Positions 21,911 through 32,186 of a stretch of 64,000 bases of DNA are shown here, in pieces; within the stretch, counting starts at the first letter, position 1; each line of letters begins with the position of its first letter. A program made the translations under genes and the position numbers. The stretch lies in IMG/VR virus record IMGVR_UViG_3300031371_000002, positions 2,910 to 66,909 of that record; one strand, written 5' to 3'. Under the pieces are notes generated by a model. That model saw only the letters and a program-made list of their open reading frames with translations. It did no database searches and was not told the DNA's origin. This stretch comes from a virus.

Positions 21911-22336
21911 TTAACAATTTTCATCACAGAGTCTATGTTTAAACTCAAATGTGATCTGCCCCTCTTTGTTGGGGAACCTTTCATTGAAATCCCATGTTGC
22001 TAATTTGATATCCCTATCTAATACATATCTCCATATACCTGTGTCTCTAAGCACTGCCCTCATGAGCATATCCTGAACATCTAGATACTCAAGTTCAGCT
22101 TCCATATTTAGGTTTATGCAAAGAGTTATAAGAAGTGTTGAGTCATACCCGGTAGTACCCGTTGTGGATTTACCATTGAAGTCAAATGTATTAGTATGGT
22201 TTACAATATAGCAAGATGGAAATACCTCCTCCTGATCTAGTGGGACTGTTTTATCAAAAGAAACTTTCTGAAAATAATCTTCAGCTTCTATGATCTTTTT
22301 TAAATCCTCTAGTATGAATCTAGTTTGGTATGCCAT
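21911..22336 (-). CDS. Tail terminator-like protein
   Basis: Position; FPSCYI motif. Confidence 0.6.
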   Translation of the reverse strand: MAYQTRFILEDLKKIIEAEDYFQKVSFDKTVPLDQEEVFPSCYIVNHTNTFDFNGKSTTGTTGYDSTLLITLCINLNMEAELEYLDVQDMLMRAVLRDTGIWRYVLDRDIKLATWDFNERFPNKEGQITFEFKHRLCDENC

Positions 22337-22337
22337 T

Positions 22338-22823
22338 TTATCTTCCTGTTATATTATTAAGACTCCGCTGTATGATAACCTCTAAGCTTTTGAAGGCATG
22401 AGTTCTATAGCCTTTTACAATAGTGTTCTTATCCAGATAATCAGAATAGTCAAAACCATTTTTTACTGCTGGACCTAATTGACCAATAATTTTAAAGTCA
22501 TATTGATACTTATCTTTTGTAAAGGTATACCTTCCTTTAGGCTTCAACAGTTTTAAAGACTCACGAAGAGTTCTAGTTCTCATAAAAGGGTATATAACTC
22601 CTCCTGCACTGTTTCTTCTTCCAGCGGAAGTATATTGAAGGCTAAGTCTTTTATAGACAGTATCATACCATTCTTTCTGAAGACTATTAATCAAGCTATT
22701 ACGAAGTCTTTTTGTAACCTTTATGAAAGCATCTCTTGTAAGAGCCCCTAACTTTTTAGTCAGTTTACCCAAGTTCAATAGCTCCCAACGGAGAATAATG
22801 TTCAAAGATACTTGTGATTTCAC
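22338..22823 (-). CDS. Neck/tail-completion protein (HK97 gp10-like); start uncertain
   Basis: Basic; PFMRTRTLRESL; position. Confidence 0.5.
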   Translation of the reverse strand: MKSQVSLNIILRWELLNLGKLTKKLGALTRDAFIKVTKRLRNSLINSLQKEWYDTVYKRLSLQYTSAGRRNSAGGVIYPFMRTRTLRESLKLLKPKGRYTFTKDKYQYDFKIIGQLGPAVKNGFDYSDYLDKNTIVKGYRTHAFKSLEVIIQRSLNNITGR

Positions 22824-23364
22824 GTGGTAACTTGAACGATCTATAGTTGGTTTTACTTCCTTCAGGAGATGTTATAGAAGATATCATATAGGTTTTAGCT
22901 TTTAGATTTTCATATCTCATTTGAGCAGAGGTATAAAAGGCCCATTTAAGATCAGGAGGAGGTTCTGTGTATTCTCTAAATGTTTTCGTAGGGAACAGTT
23001 CAGCAAGAGGAGTGTTAAATTCATTGAGGATAAGATAGTAGGTGTATTCGACAGTATAATCTGTGTCAGAGTTCATATTACCAGAAGTAACGAGAGTAAT
23101 AGTGCCATTGTCATAATCAACAGTATAATCACTACCCTCGGTATAATCTCCGATAGAAACACTGACCAGATTTTTGTAAGTAAGTGAGATTGCAGCATCG
23201 AAATCTCCATTGATAGTCTCTGAATATGATTCTATATCTTTAGTAATTGCAATCCCGTACTTTTCAAATAACTCTCTAATCAAACCTCTTAGAATAAACG
23301 CATACTCAGTTAAACTTGAATCATCTTTAATTCCTAACGAATATTGAAATTCAGTAAACTCCAT
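22765..23364 (-). CDS. Head-tail adaptor with inserted beta-sandwich
   Basis: PPDLKWA..; LPREITSIFEHY C-terminus; position. Confidence 0.65.
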   Translation of the reverse strand: MEFTEFQYSLGIKDDSSLTEYAFILRGLIRELFEKYGIAITKDIESYSETINGDFDAAISLTYKNLVSVSIGDYTEGSDYTVDYDNGTITLVTSGNMNSDTDYTVEYTYYLILNEFNTPLAELFPTKTFREYTEPPPDLKWAFYTSAQMRYENLKAKTYMISSITSPEGSKTNYRSFKLPREITSIFEHYSPLGAIELG

Positions 23365-23385
23365 AATTTCTCCTTAAAGGAGTTG

Positions 23386-23682
23386 TCAACTTTCTTCAGG
23401 CTTTTTAGAAGTCTTTCTAGTTGTTCTAGGTTTTCTAGTTGTTTTCTTTGGTTCAGACCGTTTAGCCTGAGATTTTGTTACTGGGGTCGTTTCCGCTTCT
23501 ACTTTAACTGGAACTTCTTTAGGGGGATTAAAGTCTACTTTCTCAAACTTCTTTGGGAATGTTTTAAGTAGGTACTCTCCATATTCATCTACAACAGTCT
23601 GCTCTACAAGGGTTTCATCATTAGATGAAAACTTATAGCCACCACTTGTAAATGATCCAGTTTCAATAAATCTAAGTGTCAT
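23386..23682 (-). CDS. Small head-associated protein
   Basis: Follows the capsid gene; K/T/P-rich tail. Confidence 0.5.
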   Translation of the reverse strand: MTLRFIETGSFTSGGYKFSSNDETLVEQTVVDEYGEYLLKTFPKKFEKVDFNPPKEVPVKVEAETTPVTKSQAKRSEPKKTTRKPRTTRKTSKKPEES

Positions 23683-23700
23683 ATATTATCCTTTTCTAAG

Positions 23701-23727
23701 AAGGAGAGCCTAAGCTCCCCAAAATTA
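23701..23727 (-). terminator. Hairpin after the capsid gene
   Basis: GGGGAGC-TTAG-GCTCTCC. Confidence 0.65.
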
Positions 23728-25020
23728 TACTGTACGAGTAAGGTTGATGTTGATACCGGCAATTGCATACTTGTGGGAAGTATCAACTGTACCAGCAGAA
23801 TCAGGTCGGTCATACTTACCATTGAAGCCGAATCGTGCAGAAGTGTACCATTCGATTGTCTGATTAGAAGGCTCACGCTTCATTTCAGTAATAATACTTC
23901 CAGATTTAGCGTAACTTATGAACATGGACTTGTTGAACATGATCATAGAACCAAGAGTATTTGCGCTACCAGATGTACCATCACCAACTGTACCATCAGC
24001 TTGTACCAGAGAAGGCATATAGCTGGAAATAACAACAGGGATTCCACCGATTGTATTAACAGCGCCCATTCCAGCAAGAGTAGAAGGCATACCAGATTTA
24101 GAAGCATCTGTATAGTCAGCCATCAGTCTGAGACGGTTGTAAAGGTTCTGAGTGACCATCAGGACAACATTACCTTGTGCAACTTGGTTAGCATCAAGAT
24201 ATTTACCACCAGCTTCTTGCATAGCAAGGATATAAGTGAACAGAGCAGCATCAGTCAGAGCAGCACCACCAAAGTCAACAGTATCTTTACTCAGTGCAAT
24301 TCTACGAAGACCTTTCCAAGACTTCTGAGTTGAAGTTGTACCAGAGAATGCATCCCCATAGTAGTCAACATCATCCATATGTGTTGCAGTGTTATCACCA
24401 CTGATGATGGCAAGCTCAGTACCAACAGCCATACCACGTCTAAGGTCAGCCATTTTCTCAGCAGCAACATCAATAAGACTGTCAGCAAGGGTTTCATAAG
24501 AAGCACCAGTTGTACCGAAAATCTTATCAAGCTCATATCTCATCAGAGTATAGCTAGAGTTACTTTGTGTACCAGTATCGCCTTCAGCAACACGATATAC
24601 TTTCAGCTTGTCGTTTTCAAGGATATCATGAACTCCACCCTCTTGAACTTCTTTATAGTTGATTAGTCTGGAGACATTTGTTTCTTCCCAGATATCACGC
24701 TCAACCATACCGGAGGTAGGTCCAGTTGCAAAAGTATCATCAAGAGCAGCATCAGTTGTAAGGCTTACCGCTTTCATACCTTTGATTTTTGCATCAATAG
24801 CATCACGGTCTGCACCAGTAAGCTCGTGACCTTTAGCAGCACGAAGCTGTTTCATCATACCAACAAGACCAAGTACTTCTCTCTCCTCTTTACTTGCAAA
24901 CTTAGGATTAAAATCTTTCTTATTCACTACAGGTTCCTTTGGAGCCTTTGTTTCAGGCATTTTTGCTTCTTTAGCTTTTTCGGCAACTTTCTGTGCCATT
25001 TCTTTGATTAGTTTACTCAT
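23725..25020 (-). CDS. Major capsid protein (HK97 fold)
   Basis: VAEG; ELAIISGD; TIGGIPVVISSYMP; follows the protease gene. Confidence 0.9.
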   Translation of the reverse strand: MSKLIKEMAQKVAEKAKEAKMPETKAPKEPVVNKKDFNPKFASKEEREVLGLVGMMKQLRAAKGHELTGADRDAIDAKIKGMKAVSLTTDAALDDTFATGPTSGMVERDIWEETNVSRLINYKEVQEGGVHDILENDKLKVYRVAEGDTGTQSNSSYTLMRYELDKIFGTTGASYETLADSLIDVAAEKMADLRRGMAVGTELAIISGDNTATHMDDVDYYGDAFSGTTSTQKSWKGLRRIALSKDTVDFGGAALTDAALFTYILAMQEAGGKYLDANQVAQGNVVLMVTQNLYNRLRLMADYTDASKSGMPSTLAGMGAVNTIGGIPVVISSYMPSLVQADGTVGDGTSGSANTLGSMIMFNKSMFISYAKSGSIITEMKREPSNQTIEWYTSARFGFNGKYDRPDSAGTVDTSHKYAIAGININLTRTV

Positions 25021-26720
25021 TCATTTTCTCCAATAATTTGATTAGCTTGTTCTTCTACTTGTGAATAAAATTCATCAAGCTTTTCTCTAAGTTTTTCAAC
25101 CTGATCTTCAATTGCTTCTAGCTCTTCTACTGAATCAATAGAATCAATTGAGAATGTACTTAGTTTTCCAATAAGTTCCTGAGCAGGATTTACTAGTTCA
25201 GGTTCCTTTTCTGGAACAACCTCTTCTTCTTTTTGAGCTTCCTGTTTAGGTTCCTCTTTTGTAGGGACTTCCTCTTTCGGCTTCTCCTCAGCAGGTTTTT
25301 CTACCTCAGCAGTAACTTCTTCCTTGCTGTCTGTTTCTTCGTTAGAAGCAGGTTCTTCAACAGGAGGAGTTTCAGGAACAACTTCTTCAGTTGGTTGCTC
25401 TTCATTCGTCTGTTCCGTTTCAATATCTTTTATTTTCATATTTTCCATTTCCTTAATTACCATCCGTTTATTTTTATAATCAATTTCGATATTGATTCCC
25501 TTTTTCAAATCCTCAAATTTAATAGGTTCGATATCAAAATCATCACGACTATGTTTTGCTAAATGATTATAAACACCTTTTCTCTCATCATCTGGCATGT
25601 CTGTTTGATAAAGACGTTGGATTGCTGCCTGAACACCTTTTAATACAACATCATGTCCATCAGATGCTTTGTGGTGAGCAAGTTTATATCCACCTTTAAT
25701 ATCTTCTTTACCTTCTTCAACATAGGCACACATGATTTTTAAATCATCTACAGTTGCAGCAGATACTTCAGCGGGTCCATCCCATTTTGTATCGGGATCA
25801 GCCTTACCTGTACCATTTTTATGTGCTCTACCATAAGTGATTACAGTCTTTTCATGGTTAGATGATTTAACACCTTTGTTTACTGAAGAAACTTGAACAT
25901 CAAACTCTTCCATGAGCTTTTCTTCAAGCATCCTAAAGGCTTCCATGACATTTGCTTTGACTTCATCACCCGATAAGGCTTCATTCCACATAACTTCAAA
26001 CCAGTTATCATCTACTGTTTCAAAGAAAATGTTAAAGTATCTCCGAAGCATGTCGTAACGATTCCATTTGTCATTTTCAGTTTCATCCCAAGTAAGACCC
26101 TTTGAGATAATATCTTTAAGTTTTTTCACTTCAACCTCTTCTTTAGTTTCTTTTTCCATCTGGCAACCACAATCAGGATTCATTTCTTTCAATGCTTTAA
26201 CTGAACAAGAAAGTCCTGTACAGGAATGATCTTTAACAAGTGCTTTTATGGTATCAAATGTAGCAAGCCTGTTGGACGGTACGGAGATAAGCGAGGTCTC
26301 ATAGATAGAGCCACGTGTCCATGTTAGGACATCCTCACCATTAACCTGTTTGAACTCATAGTCATAGGCTTGGAACCCGATAGAAACACTATCAATGATC
26401 CCTTTCTCAACAGCAAAAAATACTTGCTTATCCATTGCTTCAAAGACTTCTGCTTCAAACCAAATCCCGTCCGGGCGTTTTGTTAATTGTACTTTTCCAA
26501 CAGGTCGATTCATATCGTGATAGGCAAGCAGGACTTTTGCTTCAAGATCAAATCCTGAAAAGTCTACTATTTCACCATCTCTGTCTACATTTACTTCACC
26601 AGTAACAGGATCAGTAATTCTCGTTGCCCATCCTGCAATCTTGATTGTTCTATTTCCAATGTCACCAGAGGTAGAAATCTCTTTTACTTTAGAGTAACTT
26701 TTAAATTTTAATTCTTTCAT
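25017..26720 (-). CDS. HK97-type prohead protease fused to a middle domain and an acidic scaffold-like tail
   Basis: VDRDGE, LAYHD..PVG, SVSIGF, ETSLISVPSN. Confidence 0.88.
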   Translation of the reverse strand: MKELKFKSYSKVKEISTSGDIGNRTIKIAGWATRITDPVTGEVNVDRDGEIVDFSGFDLEAKVLLAYHDMNRPVGKVQLTKRPDGIWFEAEVFEAMDKQVFFAVEKGIIDSVSIGFQAYDYEFKQVNGEDVLTWTRGSIYETSLISVPSNRLATFDTIKALVKDHSCTGLSCSVKALKEMNPDCGCQMEKETKEEVEVKKLKDIISKGLTWDETENDKWNRYDMLRRYFNIFFETVDDNWFEVMWNEALSGDEVKANVMEAFRMLEEKLMEEFDVQVSSVNKGVKSSNHEKTVITYGRAHKNGTGKADPDTKWDGPAEVSAATVDDLKIMCAYVEEGKEDIKGGYKLAHHKASDGHDVVLKGVQAAIQRLYQTDMPDDERKGVYNHLAKHSRDDFDIEPIKFEDLKKGINIEIDYKNKRMVIKEMENMKIKDIETEQTNEEQPTEEVVPETPPVEEPASNEETDSKEEVTAEVEKPAEEKPKEEVPTKEEPKQEAQKEEEVVPEKEPELVNPAQELIGKLSTFSIDSIDSVEELEAIEDQVEKLREKLDEFYSQVEEQANQIIGENE

Positions 26721-26753
26721 TTCATCTCCTTACCTCCCATCTATTAATAGCCT

Positions 26754-26801
26754 TTTCCTGTAGTTTCGGATATCGTTAGATGTCCTAAGCTTTTCAAAAT
26801 T
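26754..26801 (+). repeat. 48 bp hairpin-plus-palindrome element (second copy at 57573-57620)
   Basis: 40/48 identical to 57573-57620 by manual alignment. Confidence 0.8.
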
Positions 26802-26809
26802 CCGTTTTG

Positions 26810-27739
26810 TTAGGCTGCTTTATTTCGATCTAGTAGGTAATCATATGCATTCCTAGCATACCAATCTTCTATTGTCTCTTCTCCATTTTGCACAGAAGAT
26901 GCCGTTTTAGCATTATATAGTAGACCAGAACCGGCAGAATAATCACAGCCTATATACTTCGCAATATCTTTCCAACCTAAAATAGATACTTTCTCAGTCA
27001 TCATTTTAATTTTCTTCATTTGACCGTTTTGAAAGTGATCCCCTAAATTACCTTTTAGTTCAATATAGAGATTAGCTTTGGGTAAGTAAAAATCAGGAGT
27101 ATATCTTATCCCTTTACCTAATTTAAAAGTTTTAGGTTCGTATTCAAAGGGAATTGCGAATTTATTTAAATAATTTGCAAATAAAACTTCATATGAAGAC
27201 CTACAATAAGTCTTTTCTTTAGTTACTGGATGCGAAAAGTACCATCTGTATTTAGAGAATTGTTTTTCTGGAGATATATTTGCTCCTAATTTACTAAACA
27301 TCTCTTTCTTAACACACCCACAACTCTTCGCCTTACCTCTTATAAAGTTATCACTAAGTGGATAATAAATTTCCCCACAGTGACATCTACATTTATATTT
27401 AGACTTTACGCCTGATTTGTTACTTTTAATAAATTCCAGCACTTCGACATTAAGAAATGTAGTGCCCACCAAAGCCTCATAATCATGTTTATTTCTATGA
27501 GACTTTGTAAGCTTTAATGTTTCCAAATTTCCCATAGCATGCAGACAACCGCAGCTTTTTGTTGCTCCCCCTTTAATATTCCCAGCACTAGCTATATGCT
27601 CTTTCCCACAGTCACACATACACCTAAATTTAGCTATAGTTTTATTATTTTTATTTTTAAGACGAATAACCTCTAGTACAGTAAGCATATGAAACTTCTC
27701 GCCAATATGTTTTTCAAGAATTTTAGGAGCATTCGGCAT
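26810..27739 (-). mobile_element. Free-standing homing-type endonuclease (two Cys-rich repeats plus PD-(D/E)XK nuclease)
   Basis: CMCDCG..KSCGC and CRCHCG..KSCGC; YTPDFYLP..YIELKG; sits between portal and protease. Confidence 0.75.
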
Positions 27740-27741
27740 AT

Positions 27742-29091
27742 TTAAGTCCTGCCCTGCATTCCCGGATCATTACTACTTCCTCCCGGACCACTAGGAATAT
27801 CTGTAGAAGAATTATCATTGGAAGTATTTGTTGAATTCTGTTCACTAAGAGCCTCATATGATACAGCCCCCTGACCACCAATCAAGTACTGGGGTAGGTA
27901 GTGTCTATCAAATTCTTCACCTTCTAATGGGTCAAGCCCAATTGAAATACGGCTCTCATTTACGGAAGCCCAGCCTAGGCGGAACCTGCCCTCAGCAATG
28001 GTCTGTCGCTCTTCCTCACTCTCATCAAAGATTCTAATAGATTCTCTATCAAACTTAAAGACGATGTTTTTCAGACCCATCACTTCTTGCATATAACGAG
28101 TAAAGTGAGCTTCTACTGCTGTGATTAATGGGCTGATATTTAACTCATAGCACATCCTAGCAGCAAGTCTCAATGATTTATCTTGGATTGATCTTAAATC
28201 CTTACCAAGCAATTCAGGCGGAATTCTAAAGGACTCCATGATAGAATTATTTATGAAAGTCATAAGTTCAATGATTTTTCCTGAATCAAGCCCATCGGAG
28301 GTTGCATTCAGATTCAACTTTTCATTATCCAATAGAAGAACTTTTGCTTCAGTCGCACTCAAATAGTTATTTAATGCCTCTGTGATCTTTGAACGACTTG
28401 TTTCACTCAACCACTCACCTGTAGCAGCAATAATAGATTTCTTTCCACCCTGAGAAGTATAATTCTGCGCCCAAGCTGTTGTAGAAAGTTCCATTTGAAT
28501 GATTCTATTAAGAGCAGTTATTTTAGGAATACCATAAAGAGGGTTTGTAACATCGTATGATCTTAGAAGGTAAATAATGTCTTCATACTTATACTCAAGC
28601 TCAGTCCCATCAGTTGTTCTATAAATAAACCTATCAATAGTAGATTGTCCAGAACCAGCTTCCAAAAACCACTTATTATTATCAATAACAAAGAAGTCAA
28701 CCATTCCTTTACGAGTTTTCTTTGAAGACTCTTCAGGAACAATTAAAGCTGCGTTATATCTGAATAAAGTGGAGAAAAGAGTTGTATTGAACTCTACATA
28801 AGATTGGTAGTCATTTGTGAACTCATCACTGAACTGTTTTGGAGTTTTTACTTTTGTCAGCTTTCCATCAGAACCTTTTCTAAAAAAGCTATGTCTTGCA
28901 GGAGATACAATATCTGTCAATGTTCTAATTGCTGTATCTAATCTCTCAATAGAGTTTTGATAGGTAGATAAGTTCTGAATAGCAGTTGGTTTTCCTGAAC
29001 CTTGGATATAAGAAGTTTCATCTCCTTTTCCAAAGGTAGGGTGTTTATTATGTTTAGGGGGAGATTGTTTGGATAAATTAAGAAATCCCAT
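27742..29091 (-). CDS. Portal protein (HK97-type)
   Basis: PLYGIP; SFRIPPELLG; SVNESRISIGLDPL. Confidence 0.9.
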   Translation of the reverse strand: MGFLNLSKQSPPKHNKHPTFGKGDETSYIQGSGKPTAIQNLSTYQNSIERLDTAIRTLTDIVSPARHSFFRKGSDGKLTKVKTPKQFSDEFTNDYQSYVEFNTTLFSTLFRYNAALIVPEESSKKTRKGMVDFFVIDNNKWFLEAGSGQSTIDRFIYRTTDGTELEYKYEDIIYLLRSYDVTNPLYGIPKITALNRIIQMELSTTAWAQNYTSQGGKKSIIAATGEWLSETSRSKITEALNNYLSATEAKVLLLDNEKLNLNATSDGLDSGKIIELMTFINNSIMESFRIPPELLGKDLRSIQDKSLRLAARMCYELNISPLITAVEAHFTRYMQEVMGLKNIVFKFDRESIRIFDESEEERQTIAEGRFRLGWASVNESRISIGLDPLEGEEFDRHYLPQYLIGGQGAVSYEALSEQNSTNTSNDNSSTDIPSGPGGSSNDPGMQGRT

Positions 29092-29093
29092 AT

Positions 29094-29372
29094 TTATCCT
29101 TTCAGATAGCCAAGTGCTTTGAGCTTTCTTTCTGCTGCTTCTATTCTATTACCCATTAGATTAGCTTTCTTTTCTTTAGGCATTTCCCTAAGCCCGAAAT
29201 TTTCAAGATAGAATAGGACACCCATTTCAAAGATTGTCAAATGGTTTTCTTTTACTTTACCTATTGAGTTAGTTTTTGAAGATGATTTAACAGGTTCTTC
29301 TTCAATAGGATATTCTTGAAATTCCTCTTTAGGCTCTTCAACCTTTTTTCTAGTGCTTCGTCTTACCGCCAT
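29094..29372 (-). CDS. Hypothetical protein
   Basis: ORF between terminase and portal. Confidence 0.55.
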   Translation of the reverse strand: MAVRRSTRKKVEEPKEEFQEYPIEEEPVKSSSKTNSIGKVKENHLTIFEMGVLFYLENFGLREMPKEKKANLMGNRIEAAERKLKALGYLKG

Positions 29373-29374
29373 TC

Positions 29375-29719
29375 TTAATCCTTCACTTCAAATTTATACG
29401 ATAGTGTTTCAGTCTGTGTCGAAGTATCATGATATGTAACTCTAATATCAATTCTTCCTTCTTCAGTTGAAGTCCAGTTATCGGGTTGTAGAATATATTT
29501 ATAGATAGGCTCAAGTGTTGAATCCATCTCTGTCCAATCTAAAACTTCAACAGGATCATTACGACCTTGCTGTGTATAAAACTTAAATTCTACCTTACTG
29601 ATCTCTTTCCGACTGATGACATCTGAACAAAATATCTTGATTAGATTCTTTTGATTATTCTGAAATGTCATAGAATCGGAAAGATATTTGATTTCCAATC
29701 TAATCTGGTCAAATGTCAT
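29375..29719 (-). CDS. Hypothetical beta-sandwich protein
   Basis: ORF between terminase and portal; alternating beta pattern. Confidence 0.5.
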   Translation of the reverse strand: MTFDQIRLEIKYLSDSMTFQNNQKNLIKIFCSDVISRKEISKVEFKFYTQQGRNDPVEVLDWTEMDSTLEPIYKYILQPDNWTSTEEGRIDIRVTYHDTSTQTETLSYKFEVKD

Positions 29720-29734
29720 TCTTTTCCTCTTTTC

Positions 29735-31168
29735 TTAAACCAATATTGGTTCTGATTTTTTAGTGAACCTCTTCATTGAAGCAACCCAGTAACGTAATGT
29801 TTCAGCTAGGTCATAGTGAAGATGTTCTGTATCCCGTTTCAATACGTTTGTTTTTACACCTTGTGATTCTTTATATTCAGCAGCCATTACTTGTTGTATT
29901 GTCTTTTGGCAGCTTTCATCTATATAAAGGTCTGGTTCACGTTCTCCTAAGCTTTCTACAAATTTACCTTCAAACCAAGCATTTACTGTGTCATACCCTT
30001 CCATTCTGGCATTGACAGCTCTTTGCATTGGAAAGTCCAAATTAGCAGCTTGCATTCTTCCTTGCTTTTCAGCAGGGTCAGAGAAACGTAATATATTTCC
30101 GTCAGGTATATCTAAAGACTTCTTCAACTCTTCTTCTGTTTTTTTCATCTGTTTGATAAAGTCTTCATTCAAAGTGTTGCTTGCAAAGAACTCTCTGAGG
30201 ATATACGCTTTATCTTTTCTACTATCATAAATACCAGTTACAGAAGCAGAGGCATCTGTTGAACCCCAGTCTGCTGAGGTAACTAGAAAGAAGTCATGTG
30301 GTCTTTCTTTGATCTCAGATAGATCAATTTTTATCACATTCTTCTCTTGAGAGAATCTTGGAAAAACACCAGTTGAATCAACAGCGAATTTACATAAGAA
30401 CTCCCGCTCAAACTGATCCGTAGGCATACTCTTTCTATAAGCTTCAATCATAGCTTCAGTCATAAAAGGAGAAGTGTAGGCATCATACTTAAACGATTTA
30501 TACCCTTCATCATTATGATACATACCTTTTAAGTGCCTCTTCCCTGCCGTTGTAGCTGTTGGTCTATTACGTGGAGTAGATGCACAAACAACTTTCATTA
30601 CAAGTAGTCCAGTATCATAGATTCCATAGTTGGCACCTGCTGGTTGAAGAACGTGTAATGATTCTGTAAAGAAGCGATCTTCAATAAGAAATGCTTCGTC
30701 GTAAATCAGTAATGAGAGTGCCTTACCTACAATACGATCTTCATATGTTGTCTCTGAAGCAATATAAAGATTTGATCCAGTTTCAGGTATGTGAATGTGG
30801 AGTTCAGAGATACTTGCTCTAAACTCTTTAATGTGCCCTTGCTGTTGAAGATGCTTCAAATATCTGTTTATAAAGTTGAAAAACTCTTTTGCAACAGAAA
30901 TAGATGTGCCCACAATACCAACATTTGAAAATGGGGTCAATAATTCGGCACAACCGATAACGGTAAGCATCCTCGTCTTTCCCCATCTTCGTGAGTTTAG
31001 GATGGACATGTACTGCCATTCTTCTCTCTTTTTACCCATAAACCAAGAAGCTATTTCTTTTTGACCATCATGTAATGGGTTATCAATAATATCAGCGACT
31101 TTTGGAATATCTATTGTTCCTGCATATTGTCTATATGCAAGCATTTCTTTTGATTGAAAATTATTCAC
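29735..31168 (-). CDS. terL: Terminase large subunit
   Basis: Walker A SRRWGKT, Walker B LLIYDEAF, ASTP, nuclease ADWG and DLAETLRY. Confidence 0.93.
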   Translation of the reverse strand: MNNFQSKEMLAYRQYAGTIDIPKVADIIDNPLHDGQKEIASWFMGKKREEWQYMSILNSRRWGKTRMLTVIGCAELLTPFSNVGIVGTSISVAKEFFNFINRYLKHLQQQGHIKEFRASISELHIHIPETGSNLYIASETTYEDRIVGKALSLLIYDEAFLIEDRFFTESLHVLQPAGANYGIYDTGLLVMKVVCASTPRNRPTATTAGKRHLKGMYHNDEGYKSFKYDAYTSPFMTEAMIEAYRKSMPTDQFEREFLCKFAVDSTGVFPRFSQEKNVIKIDLSEIKERPHDFFLVTSADWGSTDASASVTGIYDSRKDKAYILREFFASNTLNEDFIKQMKKTEEELKKSLDIPDGNILRFSDPAEKQGRMQAANLDFPMQRAVNARMEGYDTVNAWFEGKFVESLGEREPDLYIDESCQKTIQQVMAAEYKESQGVKTNVLKRDTEHLHYDLAETLRYWVASMKRFTKKSEPILV

Positions 31169-31177
31169 TGATATTTC

Positions 31178-31260
31178 CTTTTAAAACCATTTTAACCCTT
31201 TACCCTTATCAGACCCTTCCTAAGATTGAGATCGTTGAAAGAAATGAACGCTAGGCATCT
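31178..31260 (+). repeat. Dispersed element, copy C
   Basis: ACCCTT at 31213, AGATCGTTG at 31229. Confidence 0.65.
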
Positions 31261-31760
31261 TTATTGATGGATATGTTTGCCAAAAATGCTTGAAAACCTG
31301 CATTTCCGTCATTTCTTTCATCTTTATCCATTTTTCCAAGCTTTTCGTAGACTTCCATAGCAGAGTTGGTTCCAAATAGGTTAAATAGTATTTTTTCTAC
31401 TGATTCGCCCTTATCAAGTTTGTCTTTTAGAAGCTCTACATATTTCTCAACACCCTCTTCTAATATTCCCCCTAAGCGAGCTTTCATCATTTTGTGTTTT
31501 TCTTCAGAAAGTTCATTAAGGAGTTTTTTAGATTCAGGCTTTCTCATGATTGTATTTAACTTGGCTTTAGTGAGTCCATATTTTGATATGACTTCTTCTC
31601 TAGTCATTCTTGTGGACATATCACCAACAACAAGTCTTTCTACATCGGAAAGTGGATTTGAAGTTTGATCTTTAAAAGAAGCTAATTCATAAGAGTCTTC
31701 TAAAACTTCAACATCTTCTGAGGGTACAAGGTTTTGTAGTAATTTTTCCTTATCTGTCAT
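31251..31760 (-). CDS. Putative terminase small subunit
   Basis: First late gene, upstream of terL; HTH-like TREEVISKYGLT. Confidence 0.6.
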   Translation of the reverse strand: MTDKEKLLQNLVPSEDVEVLEDSYELASFKDQTSNPLSDVERLVVGDMSTRMTREEVISKYGLTKAKLNTIMRKPESKKLLNELSEEKHKMMKARLGGILEEGVEKYVELLKDKLDKGESVEKILFNLFGTNSAMEVYEKLGKMDKDERNDGNAGFQAFLANISINKDA

Positions 31761-31944
31761 TTGTACTCCTGTAGGGAATTATATGTCCCTCTATAATAAT
31801 AAGTGACACTTTGACCCATTTTTGCCTAATTAAGTTGAAATTTGTTAAGAAAAGATTAAGAAAGTGCTTATATTTAAGTTTAGTTTAAGAAAACTATGAT
31901 ATTTAAAGAAAATAGGGGTTTATTTAGGAATTTAATTGTAGGAG

Positions 31945-32035
31945 CCATTTTAAGACGTTTTATGGTGTCAGTGCTGTGTAGGTATTACTTAAGGGTAGAT
32001 CGTTGATTGTAGCTTATTCTAGATAGCTTAAAAGA
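31945..32035 (+). repeat. Dispersed element, copy D
   Basis: GGTATT at 31981, AGATCGTTGATTGTAG at 31997. Confidence 0.85.
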
Positions 32036-32186
32036 GGTATTATAATTTTAGGTTGGGTAGGGGGAAGTAATATCCGAACTAATTAAAGCAAGGATATTAC
32101 AGTTGAACCAAGTCCTGAAGAAATCTCGAATAAGTCTTCCCCAATTCTATTAACATTGAATTTTATATGTAGCTGTTTTCTTTCCA

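Noticed and set aside
23773-24666. Long + strand ORFs opposite the capsid gene (and similar ones opposite nrdA, terL and the 42473 gene)
   Set aside because: Antisense shadows caused by codon bias; no RBS or recognisable domains
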